From Octopus vulgaris (Eukaryota), in the NCBI GenBank assembly GCA_951406725.2, contig OX597832.1:65596001-65660000 (forward strand): a stretch of 64,000 nucleotides of DNA, given 5' to 3'. The translations under genes and the position numbers were made by a program. The stretch's first letter is position 1, and each line of letters begins with the position of its first letter. The notes under the pieces were generated by a model. It saw nothing but the letters and a program-made list of their open reading frames with translations. It was not told where the DNA came from and did no database searches. Below are positions 15,770 to 28,792 of the stretch, piece after piece.

Positions 15770-16667
15770 CTTCGAAAGTCCCGTCTGTGTGTTTTTTTGC
15801 CGTCTTCAAAATGTTTCACGTTCTTGTCCCAGTTTGTTTTTTTAACGTTTACCTATATACATGGCGGCTACGTACCCTACCCTTTAACCCTATACTGTAA
15901 GTATATTACTCTCTAACATTGGTACGACTCTACTACTCTGTCTCTTTTCCCCCCTCTCCTACTTTTCTCTGCCTTCACCCTTTTCACTCCCCTTGTTCTG
16001 TCTCTTTCCCTCTTTTTCTTCTCCTCCTTGTTCCCCTTCTTTCTTTCTCTCTTCCTCCGTCACTCCTCTCCCACATTTCTCTGCCTCTCAGACCTTATAC
16101 CCCACTTGACCTGTTCCTTTCCCTCTCCTGCTTCTCTCTTCATCTGTCCCTTCCTCCTTTTTGTGCTCACGTGACCAGCTAGCTACTACTGCCTTTCGCA
16201 TCAAGTAGTTGGCTTGACCACACGTATGTGTTTGTGCTCCGTTTGCCTTCAGGCATTTTTACCACAGCCAGCCCTATACTCAACTCGTCCTGTCGAAAGA
16301 CGCTTGTCCTGACGTCCTGGTTTTGTTATTATTGTTTTTACGTTATTTTGTATTTTTATCCGTGCTTTCTTTATTGTTTTTACGTATTTTTGAATTTTTT
16401 TTCGAGTAACATCCTCCGTTTTTCCGTCACCGTGTTGTATACTTTCGAGGTTTTCTTCCAAGGAATCTAATGCGATTGGCTTAGATTTCCCTTGGTTGGC
16501 TGCCCAGATTGGAGCAATCTCAAGATTAATCAGCCGAAATTGCGAAGATGATCTGGTTCTTGACTGATGACTGAGAGCTTCGAAAGTCCCGTCTGTGTGT
16601 TTTTTTGCCGTCTTCAAAATGTTTCACGTTCTTGTCCCAGTTTGTTTTTTTAACGTTTACCTATATA
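15770..16667 (+). mobile_element. Non-coding element bounded by identical 90-bp direct repeats (PLE pseudo-LTR-like)
   Basis: 15770-15859 is identical to 16578-16667 (period 808 bp); ends in (TA)n. Confidence 0.55.
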
Positions 16668-16916
16668 TATATATATATACATACGTATATAAATACATAC
16701 ACAGACATATATATATAATGCGTATATACGTATTCCAATACTCTCAAACAGAGTCGCATGCGCACTTAGAAGCACACGTACACACACATACACACTCATA
16801 CACAAATAAATACATACATATATGATTACCGAAGAAATAAATATATAGACTAGTTTACAAGATCTGGGCAAAGTAGGGAATAAAATAACATTTGAACGAA
16901 GTATACATATTTCGAA

Positions 16917-16965
<49 letters not shown>

Positions 16966-17442
16966 TGCATATAAACGCGCACACATGAATATATCTTTAA
17001 GGATGTTTTTTTTTTTATGGATATGAATATGTTTGTGCTTCTATAAGCACACAATCCTTTATCAACATACGTCGATGTTTATCTCTGACATTATATTTTT
17101 TCTTAAAAAGGAAATCGTATAATATTTATAGATATATACGAATATGCAATCGTGCATACTCATAAGTAATCCTTTCCGCACACATCGCTTATGAAACTTA
17201 TACACAACCTCACAATTACATACAAACATTTAAATCTAAAAGTAACACTAATACACCGTAAAAGTGTCGAAAAATAACAATAATATTAAAACGAATAACA
17301 AACATAATAATAACAGCAATAAAAACAATATTAATACTGTATAGTATCGCTAAAGAATGAAATGCTTTCAATGTTCTCACTCTATATCGAACGATGTAAC
17401 AATATCTTGGGGAAAAAATACCGCTTTGTGTTTTATATTCAG

Positions 17443-17553
17443 GTGGTTTAATATGTTTATCGTAGAATTAGATATTTTTACTACAGATGAAATTTATTTA
17501 CGTTTAATATCAGTTCAGTATATAGCAAACACTACACTTCAAAGAACATTTGT
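17443..17553 (+). CDS. Candidate internal exon of an unidentified host gene
   Basis: ttttatattcag acceptor, GT|gtaagt donor, 111 nt, open frame WFNMFIVELDIFTTDEIYLRLISVQYIANTTLQRTF. Confidence 0.35.
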
Positions 17554-17761
17554 GTAAGTAAGAGTTTATTGTATATTTATTCATTCATATATATTCAATA
17601 TCTGATATCATACATATGTATACGCATAGACGTATGTGTATTTATATAGCTGTATACATATGTAAATACGTGAATATATATAAATTTATAAATATAAATA
17701 TAAATATACATTTATTTATATACATGTATATACAGGTGTGTGTGTTTGTGTGTGTGTGTAA

Positions 17762-17808
<47 letters not shown>

Positions 17809-18512
17809 TGTATATATATATATATACGTTTGTATGTTTGGGCGCGTGGGCATTTACGTATATGTTAATATTTATTCGCAAAGCAATGCGTTCCGATTCT
17901 TTAGAATATATGTCCCTCTATGTGAAACAAAATAGTTAATAAACAATTGGGTGGACATATATTTTAGAATTATTTGCATTTATTATACATTTTTACACAA
18001 TATACTACCGGTTTATCCTTCAGTTCGAGGTAAATTTGGTTATATAAACATACTCATGTTTATATTGCATTTTGAATATTTATTACATACACACACAAAC
18101 ACACACACAAATATATACACACATATTTATATATAATGGTTTGGTGATATCACTTGTGTACTCATTCATACTATTTGCTGTTATCTCTGTTAAATTCAAA
18201 GACATTTTATTCATAAAACATTCCACATGGTGTTTTGTAGTTAAATACCACGTATATAGAACACGTTCTATGCTATAAACCTTCCTTGGTCTGTTGCGCC
18301 AAATTGGATCTTATGCTGTAAATAAGACTATTTTTCTCGAAGGTATTTGAAGTCATAGAGAAATACACATAACTGAAAAACCGCGTCCATTATACTCAGG
18401 GATCTAATTTGCCTACAGATATTTATATGCAGAAAATGTTACACATACAAACATGGGCTTACGTATATAGAATTGCAAACATACAGGGAAACTATCAAAC
18501 GTGTGTAAGTAC

Positions 18513-18561
<49 letters not shown>

Positions 18562-18563
18562 CA

Positions 18564-19503
18564 CTAGCAGCATAGCCCGGCGTTGCCCTGGTATGTAAGA
18601 GCCCCTAGTAGGCAACGACTAATCCCAATCTAGTCCTTTCCCTCTAGGGAACGAAGGCGCATGTGTAGGTTGCAATGTCTTCTCTTCACTCGAATACTTC
18701 CGTTTATACGATGTTCCTAGCTGTCCCTTTGGGCGTAAACATGGAAACATCATTGCGCCTCCCAACGCGTGAACAGCCCACGTAGAGTTGACCGTGGGCG
18801 AAGCAGTGTTCGCCCAGCGACTTGTAGCGTTTGGCTTTGGGATTTATTGATGGACATTGCGAAGCAGAGTTTAACAGAAAACTGAGAACGCCTGAAGTGG
18901 ATTGGTAGGTCAGCGCCCGACGGTTGAAGGTGCATTTGTGGAATGAAGACGTCCTCTCCCTTCCGACAACCGGTAAGTATTGTGGCCGTTATTAAATGTG
19001 GTGCCAAATGTTTCACAACCAGACGTGTGCTGTTGCACTGTTTAGGTGGAACCAAATTCCTGATGAGTATAATGGGCGCACCGACTTTTAACTTCAGGAT
19101 GTGTGGCGGCAGGCCTGGCGGTTCAAGTGAATTCAAGAATTCAACAGGATAATCGGCAAGCTCGGCGGGGTCTGCTGTCCTATCAATAGATTTGTAGACG
19201 TGGACATCACCAGGAATAGCTTCAAGTAGCTGGATATTGATGAGTTGAGAGTTAAAAAGATCGAGTTGCGTCCCCTAGACAGTCTGTGGTTTGTGTTTCT
19301 GATTCTCGACCCCATGTCGAATTTATCGATTTTTTTCAGAACTGGAGAAACTTTTCAAACTTTTCGCAGCGTTAGTTTTGAATTATGACATTGGGCTATG
19401 TGTGTGTCAAGTTTCATCAGAATCGGTTGAAAGCCGTGGTCAGGGTGAGGGTAAAACCTGACAGACACACAGACAGACAAACTGCCGTTTATATATAGAG
19501 AGA
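18564..19503 (-). mobile_element. Non-autonomous Helitron with PIF1 helicase C-terminal remnant
   Basis: Minus 5' TC(tctatatataaac), 3' hairpin ccagggcaacgccggg plus CTAG, A|T target; ORF 18750-19136 PPGLPPHILKLKVGAPIILIRNL...QFSVKLCFAMSINKSQSQTL. Confidence 0.9.
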
Positions 19504-19507
19504 TATA

Positions 19508-21002
19508 TATTACTATAACTGTCCTTAGGTCCGTCTGTCCGTGACCTTTTTATGGCCAAACGACTGGTCACACTTGCACGATACTTGGCAGTCTTACTAA
19601 GGGCGTCTCGAGAATGGTTTATGTCATGTTTAAAAAAATTTATACGAAAGACTTGCTACACTGCTTCGATTCGTACGAAACTAAGGAAGCCATCTTCGTA
19701 TACATAAATAAAAATGAATTATACGGAAATCGGCCACAGTAACAAAACAGATACAAAAACCTAAATGGCATTTACGAAAGTTCAAACAGTACTTTCATTT
19801 CTTCTTTTATTATTCTTTCTACAACGGTTCTGGACATTGATGGGGTGTGCGACACACAGAGTGTGTGAGAGAGACATAGAAACACACAGAGTAACATAGA
19901 CACAGAGAGAAAGACAGAGAAAAACACAGACAGACAGAAACAGAGAGAAAGACACACATTGTGTGCGTGCGCGTGTGTGAGTGTGTGTGTGTGCGCGCGT
20001 GTGTGAGTGTGTGTATGTGCGCGCGTGTGTGAGTGTGTATGCGTTTTCTTTTACCCCATCAACACATTGATGGGTTGAACGAAACAGAAAGTGTGTGTGA
20101 GAGAGAGAAACAGAGAAAGAGACAGATATAGAAAGAAAGAGAGAGAGAAAAACATACTGAGAGATATATAGAGAAAAAGACAGTGTGTGTGCTTTTTTTA
20201 GCCCCATCACCACACTTTCTCTACAACGATATCAATTTGGTACAGCACCCAGGACGAAAAAATAAATAAAAACAATTATGTTAATGATCTCATGATTAAC
20301 AACTTCTGAGTAGAAAGTCGACAATATCTAATTTCGGACACTATAGTCGATGGAAATTATCACCAGTAACCACAGAATTTCCTTAACAACTTCAATCCAT
20401 CGGGGCTACTCATGCATAGGATCTCACTGGAAAAAGTACTGTCCTATAATGCTCCTACGAAATTTTGACCCTGCCAATGGACAACGGAAAAAAATACACC
20501 GTCATGCGACTCATTCCTCACGTCAACGACTCAGTGATAGCGATTGGCCTCACAGTGATAAGCGCCTATTCATACCACGGTTACCACTGGTACACTCCGA
20601 CAACCATTTTCTCTACCTATTACGACACAGGCAGTTTCCCATCAAACTAACCTCCTCACTCACATGTAAGAAATCTCTGGGCCAGACTTAAGATCATGTT
20701 GGTGTGCTTTTGCCTACTCCGATGTTTACACTCGGCCAGTTGTATGTCGCTATAAGCAGAGCAACGGACTCAGCTAATTTGAAAATTACTGTTGATCAAA
20801 TACAAAGTATCGATTACAAAGAAGTTTTTTAAACGTAATAATATTATAAATATATACTACGTAAATCTGTATATAAGTATAATCAAAACGAACCCTCATT
20901 TCTATTTTCTTAGATTTCCCAAGCCGTATTTCAGTATAAATACATTCATACTGTAGGTTGTTATTATTTTCCACCCTCCTTTCAGACGGGTAGGTTTGCT
21001 AG
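19508..21002 (+). mobile_element. Second non-autonomous Helitron with PIF1 remnant
   Basis: CPIMLLRNFDPANG..LFIPRLPL..RQFPIKL..KSLGQT*DHVGVLLPTPMFTLGQLYVAISR; 3' degenerate hairpin then CTAG-t at 20999-21003; 5' end approximate. Confidence 0.8.
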
Positions 21003-21145
21003 TACATATGTATCTATATACGCATATATATATTCTGGTTGGGTTTGGAAAATCATTTTTCGGCCATTTGTATTTAAAAATTGCCGATTGAAATTGGTGA
21101 TTATATATTATTATACTATATTATTATAAAGTTATACATACGAAC

Positions 21146-21189
<44 letters not shown>

Positions 21190-21375
21190 ATACTAAGTAA
21201 TTAAGTGTTTAGCAACGATTTGCCTCACCACACACCGAATATAGAAATAGCAGTCAAAGAGTTAGGGCTATTCTTTCTACTTAAAAGGGAGATCCCACTA
21301 AAACCACAGCACTTAAAAGGCAAACAACGCAGGCAAAAGAGAAAGAAATGACGACAATCATTCTATACTAAGTCA

Positions 21376-21427
<52 letters not shown>

Positions 21428-21527
21428 CACATATATTTATATATATGTGTGTGTGTGTGTGTAACAAAAATGGATGAAGACAATTTCGATCATCCCTAGG
21501 TGGAGAGTTGTAACGCAAACGACACAC

Positions 21528-21611
<84 letters not shown>

Positions 21612-21616
<5 letters not shown>

Positions 21617-22598
21617 TAGAGAAGGAAAATTCACGCAGTTTACATAGTTTTAATATAGTTTTTTAAATAATATATCATAAGCGTAACTGTATTGTATTTG
21701 TCGACCGGTTTCGCATTGGCTAATCATGACATTGAAATTACTGTAATTTCGTGTTTTGTTTAGAAGATTTTAGCCATGCTCTGTGTGGAGAAGTTTGTGA
21801 ACAAACGATTCAATAAGTAGAAAAATATAAGAGGAGGTAATTGGTGATCGTTAATCGGGGAGTGGATAAATGAATATATATGCAAAAACTCAAAAGCTAA
21901 AGTAATGTCATGAAATATTTAGTGATGGGTACGTGATTATAAATTAAAATATATACTGAGACCATAGTTGGTTATGCATTGATATTTACTCTTGTTCTTT
22001 ACTTTTCGATGAATATATTTTTCTTTATTTCAACGTTCTAGTACAGAAATTTCTTCTTTGCACTGGTAGATCGAGAATACTGAAGTTTGGTTGGATATTA
22101 CCTGCACATCTGTCAAAGTGTTCACGCAAAGAAATATGTTTGTATTGTGGAACCGGATCTGTTCCTTATGAAGCGTTGTTTTGCGTCTCAGAGACACACT
22201 TGTCTGTCCTATATAGTTATATCCACAACCTAAACAAGTTATAATATAAAATACATTCTCGAAAGCACAAGTGAAGTTGGTTTTAATCGTGAATCACTCT
22301 ACTCGTTTGAATAGGAATTCCGATTCTTTCAGTAGTTTAGGACATGTTCCACAGTTTGGGCGTCAACATTTTTTAATCGCTGTTTTCATGGTTGTTGTGT
22401 AAAGCTTCACATTTGATAGAAGTCTTTTCAGCGATCTGTGTTGCTTTTTGCGTTTCATGAATGTATGGTTTTTCAGAAAGTTCGTTTGAGTGAACATATA
22501 GAGAGATGTGCAGGTAATATCCAATCAGAAATATCTACACGCACAAAATAGACTAAAATCTTCTTAAGACAATACAGAATTACAATAATTTCAATCTC

Positions 22599-22600
<2 letters not shown>
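21612..22600 (-). mobile_element. Penelope-like element 3' fragment (GIY-YIG endonuclease) with inverted 5' segment
   Basis: Minus translation KRKKQHRSLKRLL...KKC*RPNCGTCP...FTCAFENVFYIITCLGCGYNYIGQT; 22485-22597 is an inverted copy of parts of the element. Confidence 0.85.
21699..21731 (-). ncRNA. Degenerate minimal hammerhead of the PLE
   Basis: tgtc-ATGATTA-gccaatgc-GAAA-ccgg-TC-gaca; palindromic stem III accggt; two core mismatches. Confidence 0.55.
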
Positions 22601-22641
<41 letters not shown>

Positions 22642-22691
22642 GTATGAATGTATTTTTATATATGTATATATATATGGCTTTATATATGTAT

Positions 22692-23327
22692 ATATTGCTT
22701 TCTTGGTCATATTGGCGATATGAGGGCGATATTTGTCGTGTAGCAGAAGAACACCGATTAGGTCTTTTCTCTTGAATAGCCGTGTTGAGTCGTTCTATTT
22801 GCTGAACATAGAGTTCCGCGTATACGCACAACATCGTTTTACGCGGATGAAGATCTTGTTTCACGCGTGGTGTCGCTTGTTTACCTGGGCTAATCCATTC
22901 CTTACGCTGATTCATATTGATGTACAGGCACCATTTTTTGTCGCCGGTAACGATTCGGTAAAGAAATCGTTGCTTTTGTCCATGGGTTGAGCGGTGACGG
23001 AAAGCAAACCAGCGGAGATTGTGGCTCGTTGACTTTTGTTGTTGTCATTTAAAACATGCAGAACCCATGCTCCATATTTCTGAACCTTTCCCATCGAGTG
23101 ACGATGCATCTCTATAGAGGTGAGTGAGCATTCCATTTTCTCCGCCAGTTCCTTTGTTTTTCTTAAATTGACATTCGATTTTTCTTAACTTGACATTATA
23201 TTTTAATGATCTGAAAATAAACAAAAAATAACTAAAATTAACTAGAAAAAAAAGATTCGAAAATTTAAAAAGGCAATAAATTCCAAAATTAAAAAGAAAC
23301 GGTGGGAACTTAGTTACAAACCAATTT
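22692..23327 (-). mobile_element. Decayed mariner transposon (5' part)
   Basis: GAWVLHVL, RIVTGD-KWCLYIN, KQDLHPRKTMLCV mariner transposase motifs; TIR attggtttgtaactaagttcccaccgtt. Confidence 0.85.
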
Positions 23328-23331
23328 ATAT

Positions 23332-25929
23332 ATGATTGATTGATTGATTGATTCCAGTTCCAGCCTATGAGCTGTGGCCATGCTGGGGCACCGCCATTTG
23401 GTGTTGCTACTTGGTTTCACTTCATGGAGGCTTTCTAGCAACTGCTATTTGGTGCATGAGAGAGTTCGATGCAGCTGCCCTCATCTGCCCCTCCTGCCGT
23501 GAAGTTGGTTCATCTGGGACACCTGACAGGAAGAGATCCAGCTTCATTTTAAAGACATCTGTATCCACCCCATGCAGGTCTCTCAGGTTCTTCGGGAGGA
23601 TATTGAAGAGCTGTGGGCCTCGGAAGCCCAGGCTATCACAGAATCTTGTCCTACATCTTGATGGCAGGTTTGGAGTCCTAGGCACCACGCAGTGGCGCCC
23701 AGTTCTGGCATTTGTGTAACTCTCGATGCCAAAGTTCAGGACACTTCCCTCCAGGATCTTCCAGATGTATATTATGGCATATCTTTCCCGCCTACGCTCC
23801 AGGGAGTATAATTTTAATCTCTTGAGTCTTTCCCAGTAGCTTACATTCTGCATAGAGGCTATCTTCTTTGTGTAGCTTCGTTGGATCGCCTCAAGTTCTG
23901 TGATCAACTTGACACTGGATGGTGACCATAGCTGAGAGCAATAGTCAAAGTAGCTTAGGACAAGTGTCTTCCAGAGGACCATCATGGTTTCTTGTTCTCT
24001 TGTTCTAAAGGTTCTAAGAATCCAGCCAGCCAGCCGTCTACATTTCACTGTCAGTTTAGCAACATGTACATGAAAGGTCGCGTCATCACTCATGTGAATA
24101 CCCAGGTCACGCACTGATTGTGCCTCTGGGATTGCAATCCCTCCGGGTCCAGTGTATTCATTGGGTATTGCATTCAGTTTTGCATGCTGATAGTATAAAG
24201 CTTGAAACTTTCCAGCATTGAACTGCATGCTATTCTTTTCAGCCCACTTGTATATTTCGTCCAGCTCACATTGCAGGTTTTTAGTGTCCTCAGGGTTCTG
24301 TATTGCCTGTGAAACTTTTGTATCATCTGCATAACTTGTGATCGTGGATCTCTGCGTGGCTGAGGGCATGTCTGAGAGGGCCATTATGAACAGTAGTGGT
24401 CCCAAAACAGTGCCCTGTGGAACACCACTCATTATTTGCGTGTTAATGGAAGTGGCCCCATTGGCTACTACCACCTGACTTCTATTCTTCAGAAAGTCGT
24501 GAAGCCATTCTCCTAGTTTTCCAACTATGCCAAGATCACGCAGCCTGTGACATATCATTCCGTGATCGACTTTATCGAAGGCCTTTGCGAAGTCGAGATA
24601 TATGACTTCCACATTTGAGTGGTTGAGCAGTTGTTTCAGCACCCAGTCATAGTGCTGCAGGAGCTGAGTTAAGCAGCTTCTTCCTGGTCGGAAACCATGT
24701 TGGGTGTCAGGCAGCAAGTCATTTTCTTCAAGGAAGGTGATTAGTTTCCTTCTGACTATTCGTTCCATGACCTTGCTGATGTGTGAGGTCAGAGAGATAG
24801 GTCTGTAGTTCTTTGCCTCCGCTCTGCTACCTCCTTTATGAATAGGGCATATTTTACCTTCCTTCAGTCCCCTTGGAAGTTTGCCAGCTGCAAGGAAGCT
24901 CTGAAAGAGGGACTGCAGTGGTCTTGCTAAGACTCTCTTACATACTTTTAGGAGGATTGCCGGGAATCCATCGGGGCCAGTAGCTGAGTCTATTTTCATT
25001 TCATCTATAGCCTTTATTACATCGTCTTCCTTTATCTCGATGTAACTTATCGTCGCCGCCTCTGATTCTATATCTGCAGTGGTAAAGAAGTCAGTTGGAT
25101 TGCTGATTTGGAAATGCCCAAGGGGTGGAGTGAAAACACTCTTGAATTGTTCATTCAGTATTTCACTTACCCTCATTGGTTTTCCTGTGAGTGTGCCATC
25201 CTTTTCAAGGAGTGGCCCTATCCTACAGTGCACTGTAGCCGTTTCTTTGGCATACCTGTAGAAAGCTCTGGGGTTAGTTTTTATGTTGTCTATAGCCCAG
25301 GCTTCTTTGTCTGCTCTTTCCTTCTCATGGGAAAGTTGCAGACAATTTTCAATTTCCAACAGTTTTATTTTCAGGCGGGACTTTTCACTACTTTCAATTT
25401 GTTTGTTTAGGCGATTTGAAATTTTTGTACGCCGTCTCATTAAAATTTTCCTCTCTCTGGGGATTTTGTTCTTGTGTACAGTGGCCTTTCTCTCTGGGAC
25501 ACATTTGTAGCATATGGCTTGCATTACAGACATGAATTGTTGAAGTATCATGTCGATGTCCGGCGAGGAGAGACATTCAGGCCAGTTTTGTTTGAGGATC
25601 TCTTTCTCAATTTGTTTCCAGTTTGCCTTATTGAAGTTCAAGCTGGAAAGATTCTGAGGGTTTCTTGTAGGCTGCATGTCCGTGCTCTCTTTTGGCCCGT
25701 ACATGGTCAGCTCTACCATGTTGTGATCCGAGAGTAGTGTCGGTGTCACTTTCACATTATGGATGAGATCCATATTATTTGTGAAGCAGAGATCCAGTGT
25801 GTTACCTGCTCTGGTTGGTTGCAGTATTACTTGCTCCATGTACAGGGTGTTGGTGAGGTTCAGGAGGGACCTCGCCTGTCCACGTTCACATCTTGTCATT
25901 CCTGGGAGAGAAAGGCCCTCGGGCCATCT

Positions 25930-25932
<3 letters not shown>
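23332..25932 (-). mobile_element. 5'-truncated CR1-group (L2/Crack/Daphne/Kiri-like) LINE with (AATC)n tail
   Basis: Long open RT frame, short 3' UTR, (GATT)n on plus at 23335-23353, 5' end abuts (TA)n. Confidence 0.9.
23422..25931 (-). CDS. LINE ORF2: APE C-terminus plus complete reverse transcriptase (first 16 aa of the track ORF are microsatellite)
   Basis: PTRAGNTLDLCFT, SDHN, NYRPISLTS, QHGFRPGRSC, YLDFAKAFDKVDH, GVPQGTVLGPLLF, YADD; no stops over ~835 codons. Confidence 0.92.
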
Positions 25933-25973
<41 letters not shown>

Positions 25974-26249
25974 CATACAATAAAAGGTCTTTTATATATT
26001 GTATAAGGGAAAAAACTTGATAACGAGAATAATGATAGATGATTATTATTAAAATTGATTATTGTTAGAGTTAATGATTATTAAAATATGCACGTATTTA
26101 ATATACATACCGTAGCAGGTAGAATTTTTTGCTAATTTTCCTTATGTGTAAATACATTAAATTGTAGGGATATATATATATATATGTGTGTGTGTATGTG
26201 TGTGTGTGTGTGTATAAAATACATTCTTACACACACACGCAAACATACG

Positions 26250-26300
<51 letters not shown>

Positions 26301-26473
26301 GTATATATACATATATAACAATTGCAGCGTAGAAGATGTTCGTAAGCCATTTAAGTATACACAATAAACCGATAGATTCACTTCAACATTTAAATTTAAT
26401 TTATTCACAAAACATTTTTGTTGCTTTGAAACCGCGACCTGTTCACTGAAAACTTCGTGCTGAATTTCATATA

Positions 26474-26504
<31 letters not shown>

Positions 26505-26881
26505 GTACTTCCATACATATACTGAAATATATAAATATTTATATGCGTGTATCCGAGTGGGTATATATTTATATATGTATTTGTGTGTGCACCAAGTATA
26601 TTAACTGATTAAGCTTACATTTAGTGTTGCCTTGCAGTGTAGGAAGTAAGAAATCACGTAACATAACATGGCTGACAATGTGACTGACATCCGAATTGCA
26701 TTACATAAGGATTTATCCAAAGCAATATTTAATGATGATACTGAACTTGGTGTTAGCAAAATATGTTCCCTGAACATAGGATATTATTTAATTCAAACAA
26801 ATGCTGGACTCACCGCGTCTGTTTCTTCTATAACAATGTCTCCATCTATCCATTCTGTCAGCCGTCAAACCATCACTCTCC

Positions 26882-26883
<2 letters not shown>

Positions 26884-26927
<44 letters not shown>

Positions 26928-26954
26928 CTATCTATCTATCTATCTATCTCTCTG

Positions 26955-27038
<84 letters not shown>

Positions 27039-27047
27039 ACTATCTAC

Positions 27048-27121
<74 letters not shown>
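26884..27121. repeat. (TCTA)n tetranucleotide microsatellite
   Basis: Seen directly. Confidence 0.95.
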
Positions 27122-28641
27122 GCTTCTCTGTATGTATGTCTATCTGTCTATATATCTGTCTATATGGCCATGTGTCTCTCTATCCATACTTTTAATTTTG
27201 TACACACAGACACATACATATTAACGCACAAAAGATCGTATCCCCGCACATAGATACACCAATCGAAACACACACAGAGGCACATATGCATATACATGCT
27301 TACATATATGTTTGTCTACGTGATTATTGTCTACGCAATCCGTTTATGAGTGGCTTTGAGACACGCATAAGTCAACTGGGTTTATTACCCAAATCTCGTT
27401 TAACTTTTGTTACTTGCCTATCCAATCATGTCATCACTGTGTATTTTCTGCTAGGAATATGATGAAAGGATACTAACACGACTTACGTAGATAGTGTATT
27501 CTGTTAAACAATGGCTTCGAATAGTATATAAAGTGGAATGTCTCTGCAAAGCAAGCTTCACATGAATAAGAAATGATCTGAAAATATTATTTTGAAAGCC
27601 TTATCTAACACCGAACCTATTGTTCTAGTAGACTCTCATGTGACTCCGGATTAACATATATACTTTGAGTGTACTGTGTTATTTTCTAACATGTTTTCAC
27701 TGAACGAACTTTTGATAGATTGTTCATGAGTTTATCATGAAAGCATGATTCTTCTTCATGTATGTGTCTCATAAAAATCAACTATATACCGGTTTAATTT
27801 TTTCCTACGATTAATTCCTGTATCATGACTGACAGTAAAATATAGCTTTACTATCAAAAAAGAAGCGTTTATTTAATAACTTATGCTATATTGCCCTTCT
27901 TTCTCAGAAACGTTTCCTGTACAATCAAATATTATAAAATTTATTCAACAAAAACAACTAGAATTTTAGTTACAACGGCATAAAATCTCGTTTATGAAAA
28001 TTTCTGCAGAATTTAATTGTAGTTATTTATCGAACTTGCTGCAGTTTATTAATGTCTTCACACAGTGTTTACGTTAAATTTCATTCTGTACAATTCATAA
28101 GAAAAATGGAAATAATATAATCGATGAAAATTGCTCATAAAAAATGTGATAAAATATTGGAGAAATATTTAGTATTATTGTGTTTTAAAGATGATTTAAT
28201 TTTTCACAAGTTTTCATGTTTTTAATTAAAATACTTGAAATATATTTTTATTACTATATCGATCCCAAAATGTCAGTAAGATGCAAGTTTTCTAAAGCGA
28301 ATAAAAAATATTCAGAAATATTTTACTTATTAAATAACTTTCTGAAAATTTAATGGTATAAGGCAACATATATTAGCATCATTCGACGTTAAAATTAAAA
28401 TTAAAATTAATCATAAACGTACCCAAAGCTTTCTGCGAGCCACGCCCATACTCATACACTAATACTAACACGTCATGAGAAAATAAAAACTTAAAGAGAA
28501 CAAGAAATAACACCCTATCAAACGGTTGGAGCGGTACGTGCAATTTTGGAAGTTTTCAATCAAAAGTTTTTTTTAATATAATATTCTGACATTATTATTG
28601 TCTATTAGTGCTGTCTCGTTTGAGTTACAACGTTCCAAAAA

Positions 28642-28718
<77 letters not shown>

Positions 28719-28760
28719 CATATATATATATATATATATACATATATACACACATATATA

Positions 28761-28792
<32 letters not shown>

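Noticed and set aside
26340-26465. Possible PLE end or hammerhead remnant; similar short TA-embedded pieces at 11797-12010, 21186-21378 and 37787-37890
   Set aside because: No intact CUGANGA/GAAA core and stems could be assembled
26668-26880. ORF MADNVTDIRIALHKDLSK...
   Set aside because: Runs into (TCTA)n; no homology or convincing splice donor
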